This document shows positions 40,860 to 53,548 of a stretch of DNA of 64,000 nt, piece after piece. The notes below the pieces were generated by a model. That model was not told the DNA's origin. It did no database searches and saw only the letters and a program-made list of their open reading frames with translations. Location: positions 15,500,001 to 15,564,000 of the forward strand of contig OX597842.1 in the NCBI GenBank assembly GCA_951406725.2. Reading direction: 5' to 3'. The position numbers and the translations under genes were made by a program. The DNA comes from Octopus vulgaris. Taxonomy: Eukaryota. Every line of letters starts with the position of its first letter. Position 1 is the stretch's first letter.

Positions 40860-43800
40860 ACTAACAGAGATACCCGGCGTTGCCCGGTTTCATTCAATTG
40901 AAGAATTAGATTTTTCTGTTACATATATATGGATACACACACACACGCAGACACACATATATGTATATTAATATAAATACTTGAAAGTACATGAAGCTTG
41001 TTAAAAAAAAGGGGATCAAATATATACCTCCTGGCTGTTGAGATTATAACACCTTGTTGTAAACCTTGTTCCTTGTTTTTTCCTTGTGGAGCATATACAA
41101 AAAGCTTTCTTTTGGTTCCTACTCTTGAGCAACCAACATATAGTTGCCCATGCGAGAAGCAGGGCTCTTCCAAGACAAGACCAGCGACAGAGAGGGTTTG
41201 ACCCTGGGATGTGTTAATGGACATGGCAAAGCTATCACGAAGGGGAAATTGCAGTCTTCTGAATGTAAATGGAATTTCTGCTCCTGATGGAGTAAGAGGA
41301 ATTCTTGGAGTAAAGACGTCACCACCTTTTCCACATCCAGAAAGAATGATCGCATTGATAACGTGTGACATCATTTTCTTTATCACCAGTCGCGTTCCAA
41401 TGCAAAGTCTTAGTGGTTTCAGATTGCGGAGTAGCATTACAGGAGTTCCAGCTTTAAGTGCTAATATGTGTGGAGGTAGTCCAGGAGGCTCCAGCGAATT
41501 GAGAAATTCAGGAGGGTAGTTCACAACTTCATTTATTTCTGGAATTGTATCAACAGGCTTGTGAGTGTGTATAGTGCCGGGAAGAGAATACATTAGCTGT
41601 TGATTAATTTTGTTAACAGCGATGTTTTTTGGAGCTAATATTGCTCTTTCACACAGCCAATTGTGATTTTGATAGTTTTGTGTGAAGTTGGTAAAGACTT
41701 TGTTTTTGAGGTCATCTACAGAATTAACAACAGAGGAAAATGACCACACTTCCATTTGTCCTGCAGCATCGAGAGACATATTTCCTTCACCAAGTGTCAA
41801 AATGTCCTGTCCAAACTTTGTGGACATTTTGTCGCCGTGTAGCTGAGCTCTCATGTTAGTGATGAGGCTGAGGATTGTAACATGATGCCACAGGGTAGAG
41901 GACTTTAGGCATGCTTGGACTTCATCTGCTCTAGTGCCTTTCGGAATGAGAGGAAGAGTTTGCCTGAAATCACCTGACAACAGCAGCGTTACACCTCCCA
42001 TTGGAACCTGACAGTCTCAGATGTCTTTCAGGGCTCTAATGCTTCCAAAGCTCCCTTGTGAGCCATAGTGCACTCATCCCAGACAATTAGATGACACATT
42101 TTAAGTACTTGTCCCTGATCTGAGCTTTTGTTGATGTTGCATGAAGACATTTCGGATACTGCTAAATTCAGAGGGAGTTTAAAAGTTGAGTGTGCTGTCC
42201 TGCCACCGGGTAACAAAGTAGCTGCAATGCCAGAGGAGGCTACAGCTACTGCAATATCCTGATGCTGCCTAACTTCTGCAAGGAAAAGCTTTGTAATAAA
42301 TGTTTTTCCTGTCCCTTCAGGAGCATCGAGGAAGAAGATTCGTTCCTCGCGTTGGCGTACACTGTTAAGAATAGTTCTGTAGGCCTGCAGCTGGTCCGGA
42401 AGTAGTTTAGGCTCATTTTCAACAATGTACTTTGAAAGCACTTGAGTGTCGTAGGTTGTTTCACGAATGACAGCAGTGGGAAGGCTATTTGATCCTGACC
42501 TGAATGCTTGTGGCAGGCCATACGTCGACAATTCCTTTCCACCCAGCTTAGCAATTCTGCATTCAATGTCAATGAGTGTTTTGTTATAGATTTCATTGCT
42601 GATACCCTGCATGTCAGGATAGAACACTTGAGCTTGGCGCTGAAAGTCTTCAGCCAGATTGTCAATATATTTGAGCCATAGAGTGGCCGGATCACACAGT
42701 TCGCATGCCTGTAGTAATACTGCAAATAGTGCCCTGAGACTTTTAGGTGATTGTGATAAAGCAGCCTCTCCTAAAGTTGCATTCCATTGTGCACCATCTT
42801 CTAACAGACCTTGACGATAGCCGGCTTCTCTGTATATTGTGCAGACATGTCCATGAACGGTTTTAGGGCCTGGAAAGGCGTTGGCCCTCTGACTTCATAC
42901 AATAGTAGACGAAGGTAGAAGCACTCTTGTTGAGTGGGATGCACTGTGTATACTCGCCCAAGGCAAGTGTAAAACTTAATGCCAGGGTATCCATGAACAT
43001 TTTACCTGCTTTCCGTGGGGCCATTTGTTTCCATTCCAAGTGTAGTACGATGGAATCTGTGGATACAGCAAAGTTTGAGCGAATGGATCTTCTTGACAAA
43101 GCTTGAAGAATGCAGTGAGTGTACTATCCCTTAGTTCCTCTGCCAACAGGGAAGCATTAGCATCGGTGAAGTACACTCTTTGACCATTTTCCAGGTGCAC
43201 TGCAAGCTGTTGAATGGCGGGGTGTCGTTGGTGAATTGGAAATCCAAAGATTCGCCAGAAAGCCTCGTTGCTACTTATGTACCGCCCCACCTGATAATGC
43301 GTCACCTCATCCTTGCAGTATTCTTGTTGAAGTCTAAACATTGCAGCGTCGGAACCCTTGTTTACATATTTGCAAACGTACTTGATGGATTTAACGGTGT
43401 TGGAAAACTCAACGTTGATGTGGGCATTGAAAGTATTTGACAGGAGTGGGCAGTATGGAACAATCCATCTATTATCAATATCGTGCTGTCCGATAGTTGC
43501 TGTGAAACCTCCGTCTTCTGGTTTTCTGCGTCTATATGATGGATACCCATCAGCATCTGTCTGAGTTTCTTGTAGGAACCTCCTTGGAAATCTTTTTGAA
43601 CATATGCTGTCCTTCAAGCATAGTGTGTTTATGTTGAATCCACGCCCACATGGACCATGTACCATGTTTGCTTTAACTATTTCGTATAGTTCTTTGTCTA
43701 AAGCTGGATCGGGAAGCTCTGCAGAGATTATCTTGTCGATGTCATTGGAATTGATCTTCGCTGAGAGCCAAAGCAGGATATGAGCATGTGGAAGGCCCCT

Positions 43801-43985
43801 TTTTTGCCACTCGATTGTGTACATGTCACATTGTATGGGCCCAAAGACTTGCCCTTTTTGTATGAGCTCTATGAGAGAGATTAACTTCAGATGGAAATCT
43901 CGGGCGTTGAGATTCCGGTTCAAATGTAAGGCAGGTTTGAAAGTGTTCCCAACAGTTATTAGTTGTAGTGGTAGAGTGTTTATGC
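40860..43985 (-). mobile_element. Helitron RepHel (HUH-Y2 Rep + Pif1-family helicase), frameshifted, with 3' terminus
   Basis: Rep motifs: IEWQKRGLPHAHILLWL, HGPCG, SIKYVCKYVNKGSD. Helicase motifs: FLDAPEGTGKTF, IVWDECTM, GDFRQTLP, QFPLRDSFAMSINTSQGQTL, FSHGQLYVGCSRV. These are spread over ORFs 42976-44232, 42028-42627 and 40919-42001. A 3' hairpin CCGG-GCAACG-CCGG followed by TTAG|T lies at 40860-40890 on the minus strand. Confidence 0.95.
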
Positions 43986-44004
43986 CGAATATGTACGTAT
44001 ACAA

Positions 44005-44091
<87 letters not shown>

Positions 44092-44509
44092 CCTGTATAT
44101 ATGTACAAAATACTCTGAGAATGATTTTGTTGGTCTGAGGCTACAGCAGAAGACACATACCAAGTCACCACACAGTGGGGCTGAACCTAGGACCATGTGT
44201 TTGGAACGTAGTTTGTTATCACACAGCCACACCTGCCCCTAGGTATGTGTGTGTGTGCGCGTATGTGTGTATGGGTAGATTATCATGCGTGTATATATGT
44301 GTATATATATGTGTACATATTACATGTACATCTATATATATATACATCTACACATAAAATACAAAATACAACGTTATATCTTGATATCGCTAGTGATAAC
44401 ACTACTCAATATATATAACTGACTGGAATTGTAGGCCCGTCTCTTGCAATTTCAATCAATTGGATCTTGTCCTCCCTCTTGTATAGAAGTGTACGGCTGC
44501 AGCGAAATT

Positions 44510-45272
44510 CATTTTTGGACTTTCTTCTATCGAAGGCATTTTAACAAAAAATGCTTCGGCAAAGACGGTGAAAATATTGTCAATTTCCCCAAACAGGGAC
44601 ACAATTCAGTTTTTAAACAATAACCAAAGCCCCTTCTCCGAAAAGGGGAGGGTTAAGGTTTACAATTATTTAACAAATGCAACGCAACAACTTTTCCCTG
44701 ACGAGGAACGAACAAACATGATTACAATAGTCAAACAGTAATAATAATAACAACAAACCTTTTAAATTTATCCTCATCTATGTGAAACCACTTATTCAAG
44801 TTCCTGTCATTGATGCAATTTAATACGAATTGCTAATACAAACACACACATAATAAGGGTGAAAAATTGAATATTAATTTGATTAATATGAATTAAAAAC
44901 AAGTGGTGTAGCATATAAGACCATAGCGAATCTTCTTCTAGCAAAAAGGGTGACCACTATTAATGGTTCATCCCTGTTATATAATACTTTCACTTTAATA
45001 GTTTCAGTATTATAATGAAAGTATCTGCATTACAAAACAGAGACGTTTTTGTTTCCCTTTTAACAGGTAATACTGAAATAGTGGAGAAGATATGATATTG
45101 CTGTGGGGTCGCGCTAGGAAATAAGTTAAGATTGTTTTGCCGATGACACTCCCCCGACCTTAAGTAAGGCATGTGTAAAATTTGATTGAAATTGGTTGTG
45201 TAGTTCTCAAGTTTAAGGGAAACACACAGACAGACAGACAGACACACATACTCAGTTTTAGGTACAGAGAGA
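44510..45272 (-). mobile_element. Helitron-like 5' non-coding region (unit 1)
   Basis: Homologous to 45397-46425. On the minus strand it starts TCTCTCTGTACCTAAAACTGAG, followed by (TGTC)n. It may be the 5' end of the RepHel element or a separate unit. Confidence 0.65.
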
Positions 45273-45327
45273 TAACATATAATATGTATTATTATATGTT
45301 ATATTAAATATATTATATATATTATAA

Positions 45328-46425
45328 TACTAGCACAATGACCCGTCGTTGCCCGGTCATAGTGCTAGTACTTGTATATATGGCACTCCCCCGACCTTTT
45401 GGACTTTCTCCTATCGAAGGCATTCTAACAAAAATGCTTCCGTGTAAACGGTGAAAATATTGTCAATTTCCCCAAGCAGGGACACAATTCAATTTTTAAA
45501 CAATAACCAAAGCTCTTTCTTCCAAAGGGGGAGGGTTACAGTTTACAATTATTTAACAAATGCAACACAACAATGTTTCCTTTACGAGGAACCAACAAAC
45601 GTGATAACAATAGTTAAACAGTAATAATAATAACAACAAACCTTACGATGAAACAGAAAGCGGTAAGCAGTTGAAGCTTTGGTCCTTTATGTATAATAAA
45701 TAAACCAATAGCAGTACTCTGTAGGAGTGGCTGTTCCAGAAAACAGATATTACATACAGCCAAACTTCATATAGATACTTAATGCTAGCTAATTAGCAGA
45801 TAATCTAAAAAAAAGCACAGCTCCATCTGGACTATTCCATTTCTGCACGCTAATTTTATTTTTAATTTATTCCCATTCATGTGAAACCACTTATTCAAGT
45901 TCAAGTCATTGATGCAATTTTATACCAATTGCTATTTTTACTTTTGTTATGTTACGATTATATTATACTTTAGTTTGATTTTAAGTATTACTTACTACAT
46001 ATAATTCAACGGTTATTATTATTTTTATTGTTAAAGTGAAAGTATCTGACATAAAATAGAGAAATGTTTTTGTTTCACTTTTAACACGTAATACTGAAAT
46101 AGTGGAGAAGATATGATATTGCTAGGCAAGAAGTTGAACTTTTCTTTGCCCATGTAAGTACATGGACCCTAAGTAAGGCATGTGTAAAATGTGAATGAAA
46201 TTGGTTATGTAGTTCTCAAATTTTAGGGAATCGCAGTGGAGAAAATATGATATTGCTGTGGGGTCGCCCTAGGGAAAAAGTTAAGATTGTTTGCCGATGA
46301 CACTCCCCGTACCCTAAGTAAGGCATGTGAAGATTTGAATGAAATTGGTTGTGTAGTTCTCAAGTTTTAGGGAAACACACAGACAGACAGACAGACACAC
46401 ATTCTAAGTTTTATATATAGAGAGA
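45328..46425 (-). mobile_element. Non-autonomous Helitron-like element (unit 2)
   Basis: The minus-strand 5' end is TCTCTCTATATATAAAACT...(TGTC)n. The 3' hairpin+CTAG|T lies at 45328-45370. There is an internal ~135 bp tandem duplication (46100-46230 / 46235-46375). Confidence 0.75.
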
Positions 46426-46467
46426 TACATCTGTAAATGTAATATGTGACAAGTATTCGGTAGCCAA

Positions 46468-46528
46468 GATAAAACTCCGAGTTTCGGATGCCGAGGTGGA
46501 ATTCCGCGCCACCATCACTTCAGTTATC
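46468..46528 (-). ncRNA. Minimal type I hammerhead ribozyme-like motif (Penelope-type), core variant
   Basis: Minus strand: GATAA-CTGAAGT-GATG...CATC-C-GAAA-CTCGGAG-T-T-TTATC. Stem I is GATAA/TTATC, stem II is GATG/CATC, and stem III is near-palindromic. Confidence 0.6.
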
Positions 46529-46620
46529 CGGCCAACGGATAACTGAAGAGATGGTGGCGTGGATTTTAGTGGAGTAATTAGTAACTGACGAAATCACTCT
46601 ATCTGTCTGTCTGTATGTCT

Positions 46621-46670
<50 letters not shown>

Positions 46671-47017
46671 CATGCGTTATTTGAACTTACAGTAGAATAT
46701 AACGATGTTTCAAATAAAAACAAAACATATTGTATTAAGAAACCACATTTATTTCTTCGTTAATAAAAGTTAAAGATTATATTGAAAATTAGTAGTGAAA
46801 ATTGGCAGTTAGAAAATATCTATAGAATTACAAATCAAACCATATGATGTTAGATTTTGTGAGTTACAGAAAATAAGAAGGTTTAAAGTACATTGCAGTT
46901 TATAAAGTCTCTAAGTTTCGTAGTGTTATATTGATAGATAAAAATGAAGTTCTCTTTTATGCAAGCATGTTTAATGTAATATAAGAAGAAAAGAAGATTC
47001 TCAAAGACATTAATTTT

Positions 47018-47082
47018 TTATATTCTTGATTGTGTTCTCTTCTCTGCTGTTCCAACATATGTTTTATTACCAGAACTTGAAC
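47018..47082 (-). CDS. Possible terminal coding exon of the adhesion GPCR (xSSSGNKTYVGTAEKRTQSRI*)
   Basis: It has a good acceptor (TTCTCATTGTATTTCCAG), a short open frame to TAA, and a downstream minus-strand AATAAA (~46750). Assignment to the GPCR is inference only. Confidence 0.35.
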
Positions 47083-48087
47083 CTGGAAATACAATGAGAA
47101 AAACTTCTATGAAATAAAGTAAAGTAACCCAAGCCCTTATGTTTTATATATAACCCCAATTGTCATCTGCTATTTCCCCATACGTTAAACATATGAATTA
47201 CAGAAGAATCATACACAATTTATATTAAAAAAAACTGATAAAACTTTTAATAAAATATTGTAGTGCGAAACAATTGTACCAAATTACCGGAGTCATTCTT
47301 GTTGCTTATTTTTTATTATAATCACCCCGCAAATTTTTATGGATAACACCATACAAAATTCTGATGCATCTAAATTAAGTACCATATTCATTTGAATTTA
47401 AATTGTTGCTGAACTTATATATATATATACATATATACGACAGGCTTCTTTCAGTTTCCGTCTACCAAATCCACTCACAAGGCTTTGGTCGGCCCGAAGC
47501 TATAGTAGAAGACACTTGCCCAAGGTGCCACGCAGTGGTACTGAACCCAGAATCATGTGGTTGGTAAGCAAGCTACTTACCACACAGCCACTCCTGCGTC
47601 TATGTTAAATTTATATACATTGAATTTGTGTGTGGATGTGATGTAAAAGAAGCGTATCGTAACCGGGATGAGATATAAAACACCAAGTGCATTATCTCTT
47701 GCAATCATACAGTAGGTGTCGATGGTTATAATTATAATTCCCTGTAATCAAGAAACAAAAGATGATAGTAGAATGCATAGAAAACAGATAGACTAATTAT
47801 GTATATATATATAATACTTTTTGACAGTTATATATATTCTTTTTAAAAAAATAATAATAATTTAAAAATTTAGTAATTCAAAATTTTAAAAATATTTAAA
47901 AAATATAAATATTTATAAATATAAATTAAAAATTTTAAATTTAAATAATTTAAGTTTTAAATTTTATATTTTATATATTTTGTACAATATATTAATTATG
48001 TTTATTTTTATGTTTTGGTTTATGTCTTTCATTGTTTGATTTGCCTACTAGTGGTTTTATCTCTAATTTAATTTATATATATATATA

Positions 48088-48428
48088 ATATGTATGTATG
48101 TATGTGCGTGTATATGTATGTATGTATGTGTGCATGCATGTATGTATGTATGTATGTATATATGTACGTATGTATGTGCGTGTATATGTATGTATGTATG
48201 TATGTGTATATGTATGTATATATGTATGTATGTATATATGTCTGTATGTATGTATATATGTATATATGTATGTATGTATATATATATGTATGTATGTATG
48301 TATGTATATATGTATATATGTATGTATGTATATATGTATGTATGTATGTATATATGTATATATGTACGTATGTATATATGTATGTATGTATCTATGTATG
48401 TATATATGTATATATGTATGTATGTATA

Positions 48429-48459
<31 letters not shown>

Positions 48460-48532
48460 GCGTGTATATTCATCCATGTATGTATGCATGCATGCATGTA
48501 TGTATGTATGTATGTACGTATGTATGTGCGTG

Positions 48533-48564
<32 letters not shown>

Positions 48565-48715
48565 TATATGTATATATGTATGTATATATGTATGTATGTA
48601 TATATGTATGTATATATGTATGTATGTATGTGTGTATGCATGTATATATGTACGTATGTATGTGCGTGTATATGTATGTATGTATGTATGTATGTATATA
48701 TGTATGTATGTATGT
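48088..48715. repeat. Compound (TATG)n/(TA)n microsatellite
   Basis: Seen directly. A second array lies at 52937-53290, on the other side of the RTE. Confidence 0.97.
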
Positions 48716-51700
48716 CAGGTCACCTTCGAGTGCTACTGGTAACATGTAACCCAGTACAACCTGTTGCATGGTCGGGTCGTCGGCGACCAAACCGGCAACC
48801 CCACCAAGCTTGCTTAGTGAGGAGGGTATTTATTGGACACCCTGCGGGATGAAAAACAAAACCCGTCAAAGGGCGGAGGACCTCTTGAGAGTGAACGGCC
48901 ATCCAATAAATGTTAGCACGGGTACGTAGAAATTCCGGGGTGGTGTCCGGCGTGCCGAAAGACCACTGGGAGTGGGGCGCTCCTCAGCTTTTGTTAAAGC
49001 ACGTCTCTAGGAGAAGGTCACTCTGATATAAAACCAGATATGCAGGGAATTGCATTGAACATTTTGGGGATCTTTGGTTTGTGCTAGAGATCACGGCGCT
49101 CCCACATCCCTGAGCCTGCGACTCATATTGGCACCAGACATCTTGCTCCGGCTTGTCTCTGGATAATGTCAATAGAGTGGAGAGGGTCTATGAGTTGTTG
49201 TGCAATCCTTATTGGACCTAAAACTCTGCACAGGCATTGCCGACCTTTTTTTTTCCTATATATATCTATCCTTTTTTAGTATATATTTTCTTCATTTTTA
49301 GTATATATATATATATATTTTTTTTATTCGGAAGTCCTGCGGCGATGGGAAGGTGGTGAAGCATGCAGACCTGACGGGTTGGAAGCATGTAGTCAGCGAC
49401 CTGCACGTAGGCGGTCCATGTTAGATATAAAGTCGTCTCTTTTTCGCCCAAGACAGCGGTAGTATTCGGTTGCTGCATGGGTGTCTGAGCAGCTCCATTT
49501 GGAGAGGGCACTGCTCACCCGGAGACCGGGGAGATTCTAGAAAAGGTGAACCAAAAATTGCCTGTCTTTCCATATCTGGTCAGTTTAGCGCGACTTACGG
49601 ATGTCCACTCTGCGCTCGAAAAACAAAGAGTCTTTTATCTATAAAATCTGGACGGAACTTAAACATTTCATGTTGGAATGTGCGTACTCTGTTGGACAAC
49701 AAGAATGACTGCAGGCCAGAAAGACGCACTGCACTTGTTTCTCGTGAGCTGAACCGTTATAAAATTGATATAGCTGCACTGTCAGAGACTCGTATAGAAG
49801 GTGATGGTCAGCTTGAGGAAGTAGCAGGCGGATACACCTTTTTTGGAAAGGAAGGCAGAAGGAGGAGCGCAGAGAGGCTGGTGTTGGTTTTACAGTCCGA
49901 TCTGATATCCTGAAGAAGTTGGAAGAGCTCCCTGTTCCTATAAATGAACGTATAATGACCCTACGGTTGCACTTGAAAGGTAAGCGGTTTGCTACTCTAA
50001 TAAGTGCCTATGCACCTACTTTGACTAGCTGTGATGAAGATAAAATAATGTTTTATACCCAGCTGACAGCCATACTTAGAAAAATCCCCAATTCTGATAA
50101 AGTCATTCTACTGGGGGATTTTAATGCCAGAGTAGGAACAGACTGGCAAACATGGAACTCTCTAGGACATTTTGCTGTAGGAAAAATGAATAGCAATGGT
50201 CTCATGCTACTGGAGCTTTGCGAAGAACACGGACTTTACATTGCAAGTACTCATTTTGTGCACAAAGGTGATCACACAACAACATGGATGCATCCAAGGT
50301 CAAAAGTTTGGCACTTGCTGGATTACGTCATCATCTGCAAGCGCGACATTTATGACATTTGTAATGTCAAGTCCTTGCATGGATCAGAATGCTGGATGGA
50401 CCACAGTCTGGTGCGAGCAAAGTTCCAAATGGTGATTAGGGCGAAAGAGAGAAGAGGACCAGTCAGCATTCCTCGCCGTCTAAATGTCCACAAGGTATAT
50501 GACGTTGGGGTTAGGAAAGAGCTTCAGACTCGCTTGTCCAGCATTGAAACTGCTGCAGGATGGGAAGATTTTCGAGACCAGGTTGTTCAATGTGCAGCCG
50601 AAACACTGGGGTATGTTACTGCCAGACACAGAGACTGGTTTGATGAGAATGATGCTGAAATTCAACGACTATTAGTGGTGAAGCGCCATGCCCACAGTGT
50701 GTTGCTGCACAGAAAACTGTCTACTGTGCAGCGAAGTCTAGCACTTGCCCACTATAACAGTGTAAAATCACTACTGCAGCGATCTCTCAGGAAAATGCAG
50801 AACACTTGGTGGGAGGATCTTGCTCGTGATGTTCAGGCTGCTGCTGATGCAAATGACAGCAAGAAGCTTTACCATCTTATGAAGCGAGCTTATGGACCTA
50901 AGAGCTCCACATCAGCTTCTTTGCTTTCCAAGGAGTCTTTCACTCTGTTTACTAAATCAACAGAAATCACAGGTCGCTGGATCGAACACTTCTCTGAACT
51001 CCTAAACCATGAGTCAGTTGTGGATGAAACAGTGATTGAAACTATGAAACAAAGACCTATCATTGACTCCTTAGACTCATCGCCATCAATACATGAAGTA
51101 ATGACATCAATAAGTAAATTGAATCTTGGTAGGGCACCTGGAAAGGATGGAATTTGTGCTGAGGTCTTGCGATTTGGTAGTAATTGCATCACACAGTCCC
51201 TTCATGAACTTATTAGTGCAGTCTGGAGGGATGGTGCAATCCCTAAGGACTGGAAGGATGCAATTATTCTTCCTCTATATAAAGGAAAAGGAGCCAGAAC
51301 AATGTGTGGTAACTACAGAGGTATTGCTCTACTATCAGCTGCTGGCAAGGTTCTGGCAAATATTCTTCTTACCCGTCTGAATGGGTGTCTCGTAAATGAT
51401 GTCCTATCTGAATCTCAATGTGGCTTCCGATCTGGTAGAGGGACAATGGATATGATTTTCACAGCAAGACAGATGCAGAAGTGCTATGAGCAGAATATGG
51501 ATCTTGTCCAGGTATTCATTGATTTAACTAAGGCCTTTGATACTGTAAATAGAGCCTTTCTATGGAAAATACTTGGCAAACTTGGATGTCCGGATCACTT
51601 TGTATCTATAATTAAATCATTTCATGATGGGCTGGAGGCTTGGGTCAATGTTGGTGGTGCCATGGCGGAACCCATTCCTGTAGAGAATGGTGTTAAGCAG

Positions 51701-52936
51701 GGTGACATCCTTGCCCCAACTCTCTTTTCTTTGTACTTTGCTGCTACTTTTACTCATGCTTTTGCTAAGGTTAGCTCTCTGGAAATATATGTCAGATATC
51801 GATCTTCTGGCCTCCTCTTTAATCTTCGCCGATTTGCTGCCAATTCAAAGGTTTCCCAGTCTATTATTCGTGACCTCCTTTATGCAGATGACTGTGACTT
51901 ACTCACTCATACAGTGGATGACATGTAAATACTCATGAATTGCATTTCTGCTTCTTGCAGGGCATTTGGATTCAGCATTAGCCTGGACAAGACTGTTGTA
52001 ATGTTCCAGCCTGCACCAGGAAATCCATATATAGAACCAGCTATCTTGGTTGAAGGAACAATTCTGAAGGTAGTAGACAAGTGTGTCTACCTGGGCAGCA
52101 CACTCAGCCGTTCTTGCACCCTGGATGAGGAAATATCTTTCAGGTTGCAGAGAGCAACAAATTCCTTCCGGTCTCTTCAGTCTCGTGTCTGGTCCCAACA
52201 TGGCATCTCAAGGAGAACAAAAGATGCTGTGTACCGTGCTTGTGTACTGACGGTGCTTATCTACTCATGTGAGACATGGACTCTTTACAAACGTCAGGTA
52301 AGGGTCCTTGAACGTTTTCATCAGAGATGTCTCAGACACATTCTCAATGTTGGCTGGACCTCAAAAATTCCAGACACACAGATCCTGAGGACAGCTGATA
52401 TCTTGAGTATTGAGGCGATGGTACACAAACACCGGTTGCGTTGGGCTGGACACCTTATTCGAATGAAGGATAGCAGGATTCCTAAGCAGATGCTCTATGG
52501 AGAACTTGTGAATGGAAGGAGACTCCGGCAGAAACCAAGGCTGCGATTTAAGGACTGTGTCAAGTCCTCATTAAAGGCCTGTGATATGCAGGACACTGAC
52601 TGGGAGAACAATGCCTGTCATCGCCACAGATGGAGGAAGCAGGTTAAGGAGGGGATCGACACTTTTGAGAGAGTACGTATCCAGCATGAAGAACTTAGGC
52701 GAGCTGCGCGAAAGCGCACGGCTCGTATAGTGAATGGGGAAAGCTTGGTCTGCAACTTTTGCAGTCGTGAATGGGGAAAGCTTGGTCTGCAATTTTTGCA
52801 GTCGTGTATGCTTGTCAAGAGCAGGGCTAATTAGCCACCAACGGAGCCGTAAATGCAAAATATAAGTTAGTCCTAGAGTGCACAATGTTCCTGAAGGTCG
52901 GCAATGGTCTTCCTCGGTCACGAGTGGACGGCCATC
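48716..52936 (+). mobile_element. Near full-length RTE-clade (BovB-like) LINE: APE endonuclease + RT + C-terminal zinc finger
   Basis: Motifs: ISCWNVRTLLD, IDIAALSETR, ISAYAPT, LLGDFNARVG, NYRGIALLS, FIDLTKAFDTV, GVKQGDILAPTLF, YADD (51881-51892), RLRWAGH. Lesions: frameshift at the T-run 49839-49844, TAA at 51926-51928, and a 37-bp duplication at 52730-52803. Confidence 0.96.
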
Positions 52937-53445
52937 ATGTATGTATGTATGTATGTATGTATGTATGTATGTATGTATGTATGTATGTATGTATGTATAT
53001 ATGTATGTATGTATGTATGTGTGTATGTATGTATATATGTATATATGTATGTATATATGCATGTGTGTATGTATGTATGTATATATATGTATGTATGTAT
53101 ATATGTATGTATATATGTATGTGCGTATGTATGTATGTATGTATGTATGTATGTGTGTTTGTATGTATGTTTGTGTATGTACATATATGTGCGTATGCAT
53201 ATGTGTACATGCGTATGCATCTGTGCGTGCCTATACGCATGTATGTATGCATGTATATAAGTATGTACGTATATACTTATGTATGTACGTGAGTATTTAG
53301 GTAAGTGTGTTTCCACATCAATGGCCTTTCCTGCAGACATCAACCACATCGATCTTACCAATCTGTGAGAACCCCACTAAATGATGGCTGTTGCATCTCT
53401 GTATTAAAACAATTTGTGGAAGAAAATAGAAAATGAAATTCTTAC

Positions 53446-53548
53446 TTGGAACAAACATAAAATATTATATAAGAATGAGACAGGCTAATGATATTCCGCA
53501 GCCAATGTAAGATGCCATTGATAAGAGGTGACTAGTTTCCCCCGATTT
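53446..53548 (-). pseudogene. Adhesion GPCR TM1 exon with apparent 1-nt deletion and premature stop
   Basis: ttgcag|KSGETSHLLSMASYIGCGISLACLILI* with TAA at 53467-53465. Restoring one base gives ...CLILxIIFYVCS(K)|gtaaga. SYIGCGISLxCL is the typical aGPCR TM1 motif. Confidence 0.82.

Noticed and set aside
47288-47369. AG...GT-bounded candidate GPCR exon
   Set aside because: All three minus-strand frames hit stops before the donor, and there is no TM motif.
48063-48852. ORFs with MYVC/HTYI/IYIY repeats here and across the window
   Set aside because: These are (TATG)n, (TA)n and (CA)n microsatellite artefacts.
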